A stretch of 63,579 nucleotides of DNA, counting the filler, from Pelomyxa schiedti (Eukaryota; Protista; Evosea), in assembly GCA_020536535.1 (NCBI GenBank). It is 10 parts of 10 records of this genome, joined end to end, with 100 filler letters (N's around TTAATTAATTAA, not from the genome) between each part and the next. Parts side by side here need not be neighbours in the genome. Positions count along the whole stretch, not along the records: positions 51,021 to 58,587 come from JAHLWZ010001352.1; positions 58,688 to 62,091 come from JAHLWZ010000535.1; positions 62,192 to 63,579 come from JAHLWZ010002547.1; 7 more parts are not named here. One strand, given 5' to 3'. Shown here piece after piece: positions 51,308 through 63,579 of the stretch. The notes below the pieces were generated by a model. It had not been told where the DNA came from, made no database searches, and saw nothing but the letters and a program-made list of their open reading frames with translations. The translations under genes were made by a program, and so were the position numbers. Within the stretch, counting starts at the first letter, position 1. Each line of letters begins with the position of its first letter.

Positions 51308-53760
51308 TCAGTACCCAAGCTTGGCATTGAGGGAGGTTTTGCCGTCACCAGTTTGTCCTGTTGTTGTGGGTCAGTGACGTGCCAAAATTGTGGGAGTGTT
51401 TGAGTGGGTGGAGAGTGAGGGGTGAAAGGGGGGGGTTGGAATTATGTGGGGAATTATGTACCGGTGGGTGGTAGCCATGACACAAAGTCGACTTCGTCGT
51501 CATATTGCGGTGTTTTCTTTGGCTCTGGCTTCTCGGGTAGTGCGGGCTTTGTTGGGGTGATGTCGGCTTGGGCTTTTGTTTTGGTTTTGGTTTTGGGAGG
51601 TGATGGTTTGGGTGCTGCTGCTGTTGTTGTTGTTGTGGAAGTAGTTGTTGTTGTGGATGTTTGCTGATCGGTGTGTGATGGGGCGGCGTCTTCCGGTTGT
51701 TCGGCATTTTCTTTTTCGGCTTCCTCGCCTTTCTGCATCAGCTCTCTGAACCTTTCCAGAGCGGCAGCTATTCCCTTTTTAACTGGGGGTGTTGGGCTAG
51801 AAGCGGCTTCTTTTGGCTTCTTTGGCGGTGTTTCTTGTGCTTCTTCTTGCCTGGAAAAGGAGTTCAATTGATAATATGCAAAACTGAGCTTACTTTGGAG
51901 GGTCGCGCTTTATGGAGAGTGGCATTAGTGCGGGTTTGGAGAGTTTGATTAAGTGATCCAAGCGGGCAATTTCTTTGTCTAACGTTTGTATTTTATTCAA
52001 CAGTTTTGTTTTGCTTTCTTGCTGTGTTGTCTCAAAACAGAATCACGAAACGGGAGAACGTACCTCAATTGAAGCTACATTGGCAGTCATAAATTCATCC
52101 AGTGAGTCAGCTGCAGAAGAGCTATTCTTTAGTGTTTGGGCCACACTTTCATCCAGCTCATGCTGTAATTTTTCTCTTTCCGCTACTGCATCACCTCTAC
52201 ATTCACAATGAAATTGATGTTATTTATTTGAAGGGGTACCTTCTAAGAACCAGTGTAGCATGTGTCATTGTATCCTTTTTTGGCTTTGGCGCACCTCTCT
52301 TTATTGCAGTGCGGTCATAAAACTCATCTTCATCGCTATCAATGTAATTTTCGCCAGGGTCCAACCAAGGCATTACATCAGCTTTTTGTCTGGCAGAAAA
52401 GGCTAGAAATGTAAGTTGAGACAGTGAATTTATCAGTTAATTACCTTCCATATTTAAGTCTGTAACGTCTTTGTCATCAGCATCATCGGCTGGATTGTCA
52501 GGTTCGGGCTCCGCATCTTCTCGTTGTCCCCTATGTTAGAGTTAATGTAATTCCATGTGCATGTACATTACCATGTGCATCCTGTCTCTTCCTCTACTTG
52601 CTGTGCGATAAGTTGTTTTGTTCTTTTTGACTCTTGTTTATTCTGTTCCCATTGAAGAACAGATTCCTCAATTTCACTTCTTGGGAGACCGCCAAGGATA
52701 TATAGCCTTGAGGATTGCCCTATTCGTAGCTAATTGTTGTTAGAGTAAATTTCAAATCATGAACTGCCCGTACCACATCATCAGGCAAAAAATAGTGGTA
52801 TTTCTGTGGGGTCAGCTTAAGTTTATTGATAAAAGTCCCATGAGAGCTTCCAAGATCGTATACAAGAACAGCACCTAATCATAATTAGTAACTAAAATTG
52901 GAAAGGAACATACCATCATAACGGTGTTGGATAACGGCATGAACCCGACTTACAAGCTAGACGGAATAGTTATTATTTTATTGATCAAATAAGAGAAATA
53001 CTGGGTGTTCCATTGCTACGTCACAGCTTGGGAGTCTGCCTTGATAATCATTAAATGATTATGAGAGACAGTGGGTGTGGGATTCAAACCGATGAACAAA
53101 TGTGATTTTTTGGACAGGTCTATCTTATCTACAATAGTTCCGTTCTTTAAAACCTCCAGATAATATGGATGCAGCACTTCCGATCCTTCCCATTCCGGAA
53201 CATGGTATTGACCTGCCAAAGTGTTACCCCCGAATCAAATCAAACAACACTGGCTGGGCGCAACCAAAGAGAGCTTGCTGAATCTCCTCTTGTTCCTGTG
53301 TTAGCTTGTCCTCCTCCTTCGCCTTTGGGGCCGCTTTTGTGGCAGCTACAGCAGCAGGTTCCGTTTGCGGTGTCTTTGCCGCCGCCGCCGCCGCCGCTGT
53401 TGCTGCTGCTGCGGTGCCGTCTTTCACAGCGCCGCCAGGCTGCTCTCCGCCCGCTTCCTTCCCGTTGCCGCTTGTCCCTTCTGCGTCAGCGACCGCCGCC
53501 GCGGGTTTTTCCGCATCGACTGCCCTGCTGTTTCCATCCACATCGTCGCCACTCGCGGCGGTCTTCGCGTTGGCGTGCCTTTTCGCGGCCGCACCGCCGC
53601 CGCCGCCACCACGCCCCGCTCCTCCTCGTTTTCCACTCGCCTTCGCTCCCCCGCTCACGGTCTTTGAACCACACACAGCACCAGCACCATCCCCATCGGT
53701 ATGCGTTGTCTGTGCGCCCGGGTCTTCGACAACAAACGACGGCACCGGCGGTGGTAGCAT
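51308..53760 (-). CDS. SLC4A1AP: Kanadaptin (SLC4A1AP)-like FHA-domain protein
   Basis: YHVPEWEG...YYLEVLKNGTIVDKIDL...IG|RLPSCDVAMEHP|.VSRVHAVIQHR...VYDLGSSHGTFINK (FHA); SDEDEFYDRT; C-terminal WLPP..QTGDGKTSLNAKLGY*. Confidence 0.92.
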
Positions 53761-53984
53761 CTGCGTTGTTTGGTATTTTGATGAGCCAGCAGAAAATTCG
53801 TTTCGATGGTTCACTATTCCTTCGGAGCATAAGAAAGGATGATTGAGAGGACAGAGAGCAAAGCAAGTTGATCAGTATTAGCCGTCGGGAATTGCTCCCG
53901 AACGTCAATAATGGGTACAGCAGGCTGAGTGTATCTTTTTTTGTTGTTATGTGGAATAGTGTGTTTCCGATAATTGAAATGTAT

Positions 53985-55949
53985 TCATAAAAGAGGCTCA
54001 GTCTCAGTGAGTGAGAGTGATTGGGAATTCCAGGCAGTTGAGGTGTTATTGCGAGGGGGATAGTACAATGGGGGGAACAGCCTGGATATGAGGTTCTTCA
54101 GGCCTCCTTTGTNNNNNNNNNNNNNNNNNNNNNNNNNNNNNNNNNNNNNNNNNNNNNNNNNNNNNNNNNNNNNNNNNNNNNNNNNNNNNNNNNNNNNNNN
54201 NNNNNNNNNNNNAGAGGCTCAGTCTCAGTGAGTGAGAGTGATTGGGAATTCCAGGCAGTTGAGGTGTTATTGCGAGGGGGATAGTACAATGGGGGGAACA
54301 GCCTGGATATGAGGTTCTTCAGGCCTCCTTTGTTATAGGGGTTCTTGTTTACACCATCAAAGGTCTCTTTCAACTGAAGCGGGCCGGTAATTATGAATGT
54401 GTGAGTGTTTTGGGAATTCCGAATCGGTAATAGGGAATAGGAATGCATACATCTTCATTTGTGGTTTTGCCGGTCCAGCTTAGATTAGCATGATAGCAGC
54501 CGAGGCTGGCAACGCTCCAGACAACAAAGAATACAAATAGGGAAAGAACCAAGGCATCTGGATACTTTGCTGCTGCTTGGAAAAATGCTTTAAGGTTGGA
54601 TGTCTCCTCCGCTTTGTAGAACATAGTCAAATCCACCAATAGCCAAATACAAAATGCAAACCCAGAAGCACAAGTAAGGGTACTCATTAGCAAAAACGCT
54701 AAAAAGTATCGATAATTTCCCTTTCCAATACAATTTCCCATCCTATTCGGAGGATGAGTAGTGCTTTTTTTTAAATGGGCAATACCAAGGGCAATGATGA
54801 TCAAATCGCTCCACACAGTTATTGCACTCACTGCAGTGACTAGCTCTTGGTGGCCGAAAAATCTTACAAGTTCCTAGAATGGATAGTCTGTGATGTTGGG
54901 TGCTAAGTTGTTTCTGAAATGGTATTCACATAATATGGTTGGAGGGTGCACTGGTTCATTTTTGTTTATTAGGGATTCTTACTGCAATATTTGAGAGTAG
55001 CAGTGAAATCCACAATAGTTACGTTTTTGAGGTCAACCTCATGACCGTCTGCGTGGAACATATTAATATTACTAACGTGTGGAGTTTCAGTGAACCTTTA
55101 TCAATCTCCATTTCAGCTCTACCCCGAGGGATGATGCCAGGGTTAGATAAACTACAGAAAAAAGCACTTGCAAGTGTGGTTGGTAGTTCTACAGCAAAAA
55201 GAAACACCGGCAAAACGCTGAGGTTCTTAACAACATATGGCAATCTGCAGCAGAAAAGGTAATAAGCATACGTTTCCCACCAATTTCATCTAGCTAATAC
55301 AGTGCAGCACCACTGGCTTTATATTATCACTGCATCGCACCGCACCGTGATCACGATCACTAGCGCCCATAGTGGTATGATATACATACATTCTGGCACA
55401 GAACAGGGCGCCAGGCACAGCATGCAACATAATGCAGCCCCAGAAGGCCATCCTGTCCGGCCCGGTCACGAACCTCCCCCAGCACCACCTGACACTCTTT
55501 GATGGCCCCCCGGAATGCTTCATGTGCCTGTTCTCCTCCCTCTTCTTCTTCTTATTCTGCTTCTTCCTCCCGTCGTTGTGGTTCCCACCGCTTTTTTCGG
55601 CACCTGCTCCGGACTCGTATGACGAGTACGACGACACCGAGGAGGACGAGGACGAAGGGGTGAGCGACGAGGAGTAGGAGGAGGAGGAGGAGTAGGACGA
55701 GCAAGACGAATCTGCCACTGCCCCTGCCCCTGGCTCTGGCTCTCCCTGGGGTGCGCCCGCGCCCCCCGCTCCTCCCTGTTGCTGTTGGTGCCCCTCGCCG
55801 CCGCCACTGCTGCTGGGCCCCTTCTGCTGCCTGTGCTCCGCCGCGGGGCTCCCCTCGCGGGCTCCGCCTCTGTCGGGCAGGGGAATTATGTTTCTAGCTG
55901 TGGTTGATCGCTCCTCGCCTTTCTCCTCGTCGAGGGTGCCTGTACTCAT
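53985..55949 (-). CDS. DHHC palmitoyltransferase (ERF2/ZDHHC9-like)
   Basis: GRFVTGPD; SNPGIIPR; [29 protein letters not shown]|[13 protein letters not shown]; GKTTNED; NPYNKG. Confidence 0.95.
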
Positions 55950-56032
55950 CGACGTTCACAATTTTGATGCAGAATTTTTCCCAGCGGAAAATTTTTTGAA
56001 TTATTATTGTTTAACTATGGGGAATACAAGTA

Positions 56033-58587
56033 CTACAAGTCGTCAGGGGTGACGAGGGGACGGGCAAGCTGGTATGATGACGAGGGCCTCTTGTGATTGC
56101 GGTAGAACCAAAGGCCAAACACAATGGCACCAACAGCAGCTGCAAGGATGACTGCAACACCAACAAGGCTCCCAACTACAATCCCGGCTACGTTTGTATC
56201 TGTGTTTGTAGTAGTCAGGAATGGGAAAAGGGGAAGCCATAAGGGCGGTACCATCGTCTGCAACACACTGGTTGTTCATTGACTTGTACCCAGATGAACA
56301 CTGGCAGTTGCTGTTACAGAAATCGGTGGATTCAGCCTCACATTCTTCACCATACTCGGGTTCAACTATTTCGTTTCCACAGGCTACAGGGTATAGTGCT
56401 TAGAATGGAGTGTCAAAGAGGAATACACACGGTATACTTTGTCATTACGGAAGAACATCACAAGGGGTTGATATTCATTGCTGCCGTATGATATCAGCTG
56501 AGAGAAGTACGGTTGTGGAACCTGAAGACAGTATTAGGCGGAAAATATTTGAGGAATTGTACCTGGGCAATGGTATCAGGCATGAACGCCACAATTTCTC
56601 CAGAAATTACAGCTTCTATTGTTGAAGTGATATCAGCATACATTTCAATAGGCGTATCTGGAAGTATAGATTCAACAATTTGCCGAGTTCCATCAGTAAA
56701 CACTCCCACCTACTGCCGTTAAAGAAATTTCTACATTAATGCATACTCACTGCCGCCGTTGGAAAGTTATCCAAGTAGACCTCAAGCATTTCAAAGGAAT
56801 AAATACCGGAAGACCGGGCTGAGACAAATTCCATCAACATTGCTAATGAAGAACACGATCTTTGAAACTCTGTTTTAGGGCTGGGTTTTTTATGAAGAAA
56901 ACTATTGCAGATACCTATAGTTCTTCTTTCGGTACCATTAAATAGGCCTCCTTCAAAGAACTGGAGCGAGGTACCTGCAGGTATGTTGGCAAGAAATAGC
57001 TTTCATAACCCTAGATACCATCAATTTCTCCAGCAACGAGCGCATTAAGAATTTGGTCGGGAGAGTCATACATCTTGTAGGTTACTGATAAGGTAACTCC
57101 CAGTTGCTGTGAAATCCTCTCTGATTTAGTTTATGGTATTCAAAGGATTTGGGTTTTACGTAGAGGTAATAATTTTTTCCATATCAGGTATAATTCCCGT
57201 TGGATGTGTATCATGAGCTTCTATCAGGGGCATGTTTGAAGTTGGAGCAATGCCAATAACAAACTGCCGAGAATTCACCATTTTCTCGATGGTACCCTCT
57301 ATCAAAGAGTAACTTAATTAAAGGCAAGGCGCTAGAGTTTACCAATAATGGGCATAGGATTAGTTGGGGGAAAACAATCCTGTATTTGTGATTAGCAGAG
57401 GCAAACAGAAAGTGGAAATACCGCTGTGAAGAAAATGTCAGTGTAATTGTACGAGTGGAATATATCTTGATATTCCTGGTCTTCAGAAAATACCAAGGAC
57501 ATCAAGGCGTTGTCTACCAAGGTAACCAGTGCGGTGTTTCCTTGATCAAACCACTGAACTTCTTGGTCAATAGAGACCTGAAAGTAGATTTCAGGGAATC
57601 CAGATATAATGAATATATAAATATAGGGTACTTTGTTCTGCTCAAGAATTTCTTTTCTGAAGAAAGAAGTAATAGGGAATATAGTGGCGGCACGATAGGC
57701 GGTCAAGGCATTATCAAGGTCAACCTTTATAAAGTTAAGTGAAACTCAGTTATGTGCAGGTTAAACCTGATTTTGTGTTGCTTTACTGGCAAGTACGACA
57801 TCGGGTTGGCTTTTCATGTACTGCGCACAAAGTGCCGGAGTGTTCATTACTATTATTTCTGCATTTGGAAAAAGTAACTCAAACAAAGTTTTCTCAAAAT
57901 CGGTCTCACAGCACACCTATAATCAGAAGGTTAACTCTCTAGGGGAGTGGTATGTTTGTACTTGGCTTGTTTGCCCAACAGAGAGCCGATAATTAATGAC
58001 CTCATTAAGCTGGTAAGTATTGTTGATACCAGTTGTAACCAAGGATGCTAATAATGGCTGTGACCCATAAACAGAACAACCTTCCCTCAAGTCCAGAACT
58101 TCAGATGTATCATGCGTGGGAGATACTACACTCATGGTGCTGTCAGTACCTAAACCTCTTTAAAGAATTGTAGCTCCAATCTATTGCTATACCATCGATT
58201 TCCCCATCCACTACTGCAGCAAATATTTCCTCATCTGTGGAATATGCTTGGCTTTTTGAAACAAGAATTTGCACTCCATAATGCATTCCAATTCTAGAAC
58301 AGAGTTCAGGTTCTTCTGTTCAAAATTTTGCGTACTTACTGATCAAAAATTAAATCGACAGGAGATAAATCTGAAAGGGAAGTGGTGGCAGAATAAAACG
58401 TTCCTTCAGTCAACACTTTTAAAAGGGTTCCTTGAGGATTCTCAGGATACATATCAACACCCGGCATATACAGACAATCCTGAAAGGGGAAGGTGCATAA
58501 AACACCTTTTATTATATTTCCTCTGGATAGGGGATAACCAACCAGTATTGTTACTGCACCATCATCGGTCCAAGGTCCATCATTTTC
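56033..58587 (-). CDS. Type I membrane protein with bacterial solute-binding (SBP family 3-like) ectodomain(s), Cys-rich stalk, single C-terminal TM helix
   Basis: VGVFTDGTRQIVESILPDTPIEMYADITSTIEAVISGEIVAFMPD resembles SBP_bac_3; a second similar segment AYSTDEEIFAAVV; TM VAGIVVGSLVGVAVILAAAVGAIVFGLWFY and a short tail. The 5' end lies at or beyond the linker (possible exons 58688-59090). Confidence 0.6.
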
Positions 58588-58807
58588 NNNNNNNNNNNNN
58601 NNNNNNNNNNNNNNNNNNNNNNNNNNNNNNNTTAATTAATTAANNNNNNNNNNNNNNNNNNNNNNNNNNNNNNNNNNNNNNNNNNNNGCGGCCAAAGCAA
58701 CCTTCGAGTACTATTCTATCTTTCTTGATTGCCTCACATCATCCTTAACAAAAAACCAGTCAACACAGAAGAAGATCCACTGTTTAGTTCAAAGCCTGAA
58801 GAAACGA

Positions 58808-58852
58808 ACAAACAAACAAACAAACAAACAAACAAACAAACAAACAAACAAA
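58808..58852. repeat. (AAAC)n microsatellite
   Basis: Read directly. Confidence 0.9.
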
Positions 58853-59164
58853 CGCTTACTTTATCACAGAAACAACCAAGAACAATACAGACAACGTGTA
58901 GCTCAAGAAGTTCATAAATATGCTGACGCGTAACCAGTACCACTGCACCCTATCCCTGTTATGAAACAAAAAAACCCAAATTTGTGAACAACCAATACCA
59001 ACGCAAATACACACAAACTGCACCTTGTGTTGCTTTCAACACAACAATGCCAAAAAAAAAAGAGAGAATAGAACGTGAAACTAGGTTTCATTTCATTCCT
59101 ATTTGTTACTTCGTTCATCAAAGTCATTTTCTAACAAATAGTATGTTTCAGCAGGGATTTATCT

Positions 59165-61069
59165 CTACTGCCAGACAAAAGGTTTGAGTCCCACCACTTG
59201 ACACACAATGTTGGTCCTTCATGTGTGCGGTCCACATAAGTCCTTTGTGCACAATCAGAAAAATTAAATAGTCATGAAATTAAACAAACGAGATAAAAGA
59301 ATAGAATAAAGATAAAAACAGAGTGGAATTCATACCGGTTGATTGTGTTGCGCTCAACCGAGGTGGCAAATACTGAAACGGCACCNNNNNNNNNNNNNNN
59401 NNNNNNNNNNNNNNNNNNNNNNNNNNNNNNNNNNNNNNNNNNNNNNNNNNNNNNNNNNNNNNNNNNNNNNNNNNNNNNNNNNNNNTAAATAGTCATGAAA
59501 TTAAACAAACGAGATAAAAGAATAGAATAAAGATAAAAACAGAGTGGAATTCATACCGGTTGATTGTGTTGCGCTCAACCGAGGTGGCAAATACTGAAAC
59601 GGCACCGGATTCATCAGCAACGGCCAGGAGCCTGTGAGAGGGGTCGCGGCTTTGTGTGGTATTTATCTTCCTTTGAGTGGCACTTGGTGCGAACTCCATC
59701 TCACGGACGGCACCGGAAACTTGAGTCTATTCAAGCATGTTAAAAGTGGGTGCATAGATGGCTGACACACCGAAAGTACGGGCCCTGATCTCAGATTCCG
59801 AAGATCATAAAATTTAATGGTGCCCTTTTCCTCTCCACATAATACGATGTTGGCGTTTTCGGGATCAAACCGAGCAGAAAATCCCGCAGTTTTCAGTGGT
59901 ATGGTGGTTGTGCACCCAGAGCACTTGCGACTATCCCATATTTTGACTGTAAAATCCTGTGTAGTATTGTCAAGAAAACAGACTCGAATATGAAAGGTAC
60001 TTGGGAGGCAGAAACAAGGAGGTTGACATCCGTGGGGCACCATTCAACACTTAAGACAGATGAAGCATGCCCTGAACCCAGTCATCAATTTTGGGTTGTT
60101 TCAATAGGGGAAAAAAAAACCTGTGAAAGTAAATAACGAGTTCTTCTTCAATCCAGACCACAATTTGATTCTGAAGCAGTATTATGCAAAAATAGTGCGG
60201 GAAATGAAGACCCACGTTCCATCCCAGCTTGAAGTCAAGAATGCTTTCTGGTCATGGTTTGGATGCACACTCACTCTACTGACAATATCGTCATGTTCCG
60301 CATGTCCCCTGGTACTNNNNNNNNNNNNNNNNNNNNNNNNNNNNNNNNNNNNNNNNNNNNNNNNNNNNNNNNNNNNNNNNNNNNNNNNNNNNNNNNNNNN
60401 NNNNNNNNNNNNNNNNTGCGGGAAATGAAGACCCACGTTCCATCCCAGCTTGAAGTCAAGAATGCTTTCTGGTCATGGTTTGGATGCACACTCACTCTAC
60501 TGACAATATCGTCATGTTCCGCATGTCCCCTGGTACTGAATTCAGCAAAAAAACAGCCCAACAAATAGAATTCACCATTGAGAAGAGTCATCAGGGCACC
60601 ACAGAGAAACAGTAGAAGCATCGTCAGCCGTGAGCAGGTGGGTAGCGTCGTACCACCGCACACACGAAACACCCCCACCACAATTCCAAGTTCTTGTGCG
60701 GCCATTGAAATGAACAGATATGGAGCCTTCCCAACTCTATGTATGTGAGGTTAACTTCATGATTCGTTTTTATTTTTTTTTTATCCACTGACGTTTTTAA
60801 AGAGGAAGGTACTATACATCTCCAGTGAGTGACGAACACCCCACGGCAATTTTTCCCGTCTCAACACACACATCAACACTCTCAACGGCTTTCCCTACAA
60901 AAAAAGTAAAAAAAAAAACCACAAAATGAAAGTTGCACAAACCGAAAGGCATCGATGTCGGAGTCGCGCCACCATCACTGGTAATAGTCGCGAAACTATT
61001 GACCGCCGCAGCCGACGACGTCGGCGTGGTAGTGGTGGTACTGCTGCTGGGTGTAGATATGTGGCTCAT
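59165..61069 (-). CDS. WDR77: WD40 protein, methylosome protein 50 (MEP50/WDR77)-like
   Basis: IAVGCSSLTGD..WEGSI, EHDDIVSRVSV...LTSSWDGT, GHASSVLSVEW, DFTVKIWDSR, CGEEKGTIKFYDLR, LLAVADESGAVSVF; matches WDR77 motifs as recalled (ASSLSGRCWAGS, EHDDIVSTVSV). Confidence 0.75.
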
Positions 61070-61704
61070 CACCTACCAATTATGCCAAAACTGTTCAGCG
61101 AACACTCCTTGTGAAGCACTTACCCCATAGAACTAATCATCACCGCTCCAATTGTGTGCAAGGTAGAAAAGAGAACCCCAATCGACCCCTGGCAGTGTCC
61201 CTCCTGAACAGCAGTGATCGTTCACAGAAACCTGATGACTGAGCAATTGATTTGAATTTTGACCTGCCCTCTTGTCAAAAAAAATGCTGAGGCAAGCGGG
61301 ATTCAAAAAGGTTAGTAATGTACCCAGTCCCATTCCCAGTAGCTTCCATTCAGAGTTCCACCGGAAATCTGGATAGGTGCAATATCACTCCCTACCACGA
61401 AGATCGTGCACATCTACGTATATATAGTAACAGCCTACTTGTCCATTTGGCGATTGGCCAAATTTCCCCTTCGTGAACTTCTCCGTTCCAGCGTAAATAA
61501 GGGAATACCTGCGGAAACATAAGAAAACGTACTTCTAATTATTTTTGTAACAAGGAGGCGATAACGACACAAGCAATTTGGGGAGCTGGTGTCTTGCTAA
61601 TTGGTTATACAACACATTTTATTTTTATTGCATATAACTGGGGACAGGTGTGTGTGAGGAAATTGTTGTGTGTTGACAACTCAGAGAATTTGTACTGCAC
61701 CATC

Positions 61705-62091
61705 ATGATGAACTTTGGTGGTGTTATTCGCAACAACAGAGTTGGTGATGATGGGAGTGATGACGGTGACAACGAGAGGGGGGGTGCTGTCAGAATGTCA
61801 CATAGTAGTACTGGTAGTAATGCACAGCTCAGGGGAATCGGAATGCCTATTGTATCATCAAAACTCCTCAAGAAGAAAAGGTATGTGTTTGATGTAGAGC
61901 ATTTTGTTTTGTGGACACTGTGTATGAAAGCATTTGCCTCGTAGTAGTAATTTATTTATTTCATTTGTTACTCACCAAAGGAAAAATAGGATAGCTTGCT
62001 CGTTGAAACTTGTTGTTCCGGCAGCGGCCGTTTCTGTTGTTACAACTATAGTAGTTGCATGCTTGGCTCCCATGAGTACATTGTGGGTTAC
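61705..62091 (+). CDS. 5' fragment of a membrane protein (truncated by linker)
   Basis: MMNFGGVIRNN...LLKKKR|IACSLKLVVPAAAVSVVTTIVVACLAPMSTLWV, with a GT-AG intron at about 61881-61989. Confidence 0.55.
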
Positions 62092-62191
62092 NNNNNNNNN
62101 NNNNNNNNNNNNNNNNNNNNNNNNNNNNNNNNNNNTTAATTAATTAANNNNNNNNNNNNNNNNNNNNNNNNNNNNNNNNNNNNNNNNNNNN

Positions 62192-63347
62192 GTAAGGTGC
62201 CAGTGAACCACTTCAAATTGCCAGGGCAGGATCCCCATGAACACCAAGTACAAAGCTCAGAAAGTGCCGTTTGGTGCAAATTACTCCCAAACCCAAACCT
62301 CTCAAACAGCCACTTCACCACTTCCATTTTCCCATCATAGACACAGCTCCGCATTGGTTCATACATCACCAACGGTGCTTCTTTCATCCCGATTCCAAGC
62401 ACATCCACGAGCCACCTGGCACCATCAACACCCCCAGAGCGACACGCACTAAAAAGGAAGTACAAATGCCCGCAGCCCCCTCTCATGTATTCAATCACCT
62501 TTTCCCTCAGCCCAGCAACCCCCCCACTCGTCAAATGATCACTCCCCGTTCTGGGTCCCATTGTACCATAACCACTCCCACAATCAAGACCACCACTCCC
62601 ACCCACTCTCTCGATGTGGCAGGCAGTTTCCCAGCTGACAACACGGCGCCCATCCCACAATCGCGGCAGCGTGCAACTGGTGTTGCTGGTGGTGGCGATG
62701 CTGCGAGACTCTTCGGAATGGTCGCCACCACCACCAAACAGGGTCACGGCGAGATCCACGTGGCCACCCATCATCAGCCCAGCCACAGTCGCGCTCACTT
62801 CCTTCACAACGCACAGCAGTGAGACGTCAGCCTGAGCATCTATTCCTCCCACACTACTCCTGATAGCAGGAGTGGTACTCGCCGCCAGTCGCGTCACATT
62901 CTCCTGCACTGCAGCAACATCGCACTTTGGGCCACAACCGCAGCCACTCGCGAACACCAGATCCCCGATGTCGTTGTCGATCCTCCCGCGGACGTGCCTG
63001 TTGTTGAGGATCCACGCCACGCACGACGGAGCCGGAACCGACGCAGCGGTGGCGATGGCGAAGTAGCTCCCGATGTACTCGCCCAGGCGGGGCGCGAACG
63101 CGAGGGCCCTGCGGCACACAAGCCCCACGATGGGGAACATCGCCTCGGCTGTGCGGAACAGGTCCCACTGCCGGCACCCGTTGGGGCCGCGCTTGATGTT
63201 TCCCAGCGCGTCCCTGGGCCCGTCGAGCCACCCTGGCGACACAACGTGTTCCCAAACGAGTCGTGACACCATGAGAACCCTGTCGATGTTGGTGTTGTTG
63301 TCATCATCGTCGCTTCGTTGTTGTGGACGTGTGTTGTTGTTCGACAT
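62192..63347 (-). CDS. Intronless lineage-family protein with degenerate ankyrin-like repeats (3'-truncated by linker)
   Basis: Long ORF; SRLVWEHVV N-terminal motif; LFSACRSGGVDGARWLVDVLG and SCVYDGKMEVVKWLFERFG repeats. Confidence 0.75.
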
Positions 63348-63579
63348 TTGGCGGAGCGACGATAACGAAAAAGTACAGCTTTCCGGTCTGTTGATTATTT
63401 TATTCAGCCATTTTAGTTGAGTTAAAAGTAAAAATTGATTGATGGGTGTGAGGTGGCGCACACTGTCAGTGTTTTCGGGATCGAAGGGCCATGGTGTGGG
63501 AGCAAAACATGCCGGCAGATAGAAGTGGCTGGGGAGAAAACTGATCATGACAGACAACTGGAAAATGTAAAAAAAAAAA

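Noticed and set aside
52270-52278. GTATCCTTT U12-type donor-like motif
   Set aside because: It lies on the strand opposite to kanadaptin, inside a coding exon.
53992-54333. Duplicated last exon of the DHHC gene
   Set aside because: An identical ~120 bp lies on each side of a 100-N gap, indicating an unmerged contig overlap.
59266-60536. Exon duplications in the WDR77-like gene (59266-59605; 60197-60536)
   Set aside because: Exact ~120-bp duplicates flank 100-N gaps; scaffolding artefacts.

Overview
Eukaryotic genomic DNA that is gene-dense, with many short (~40-70 nt) GT-AG introns, so the ORF track shows mostly exon fragments. Gene style and the intronless lineage-specific families suggest an amoebozoan, possibly Pelomyxa; this is an inference from memory and was not searched. 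The window is a mosaic: nine N44-TTAATTAATTAA-N44 linkers join contigs and there are four 100-N gaps, so neighbourhoods across linkers are unreliable. Recognisable genes: RGS/WD40/C1 signalling protein, RPS14, an ankyrin-repeat protein, a LIM protein, a PHB depolymerase, a BAR-like protein, a TMEM104-like transporter, NOP9, a PH-RasGEF, Rab7, two IFRD copies, Njmu-R1/C17orf75, a GTPase-Rcat-like-RING fusion, kanadaptin, a DHHC palmitoyltransferase, a membrane-anchored solute-binding-domain protein and MEP50/WDR77. The top finding is a 148-nt minus-strand RNA (14881-15028). It has tRNA arms in permuted order (T arm, loop-closed acceptor stem, D arm) on a long terminal stem resembling a Ro60-binding Y RNA stem, followed by a poly-T tract. 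This is the architecture of bacterial YrlA Y RNAs, here in a eukaryotic genome.
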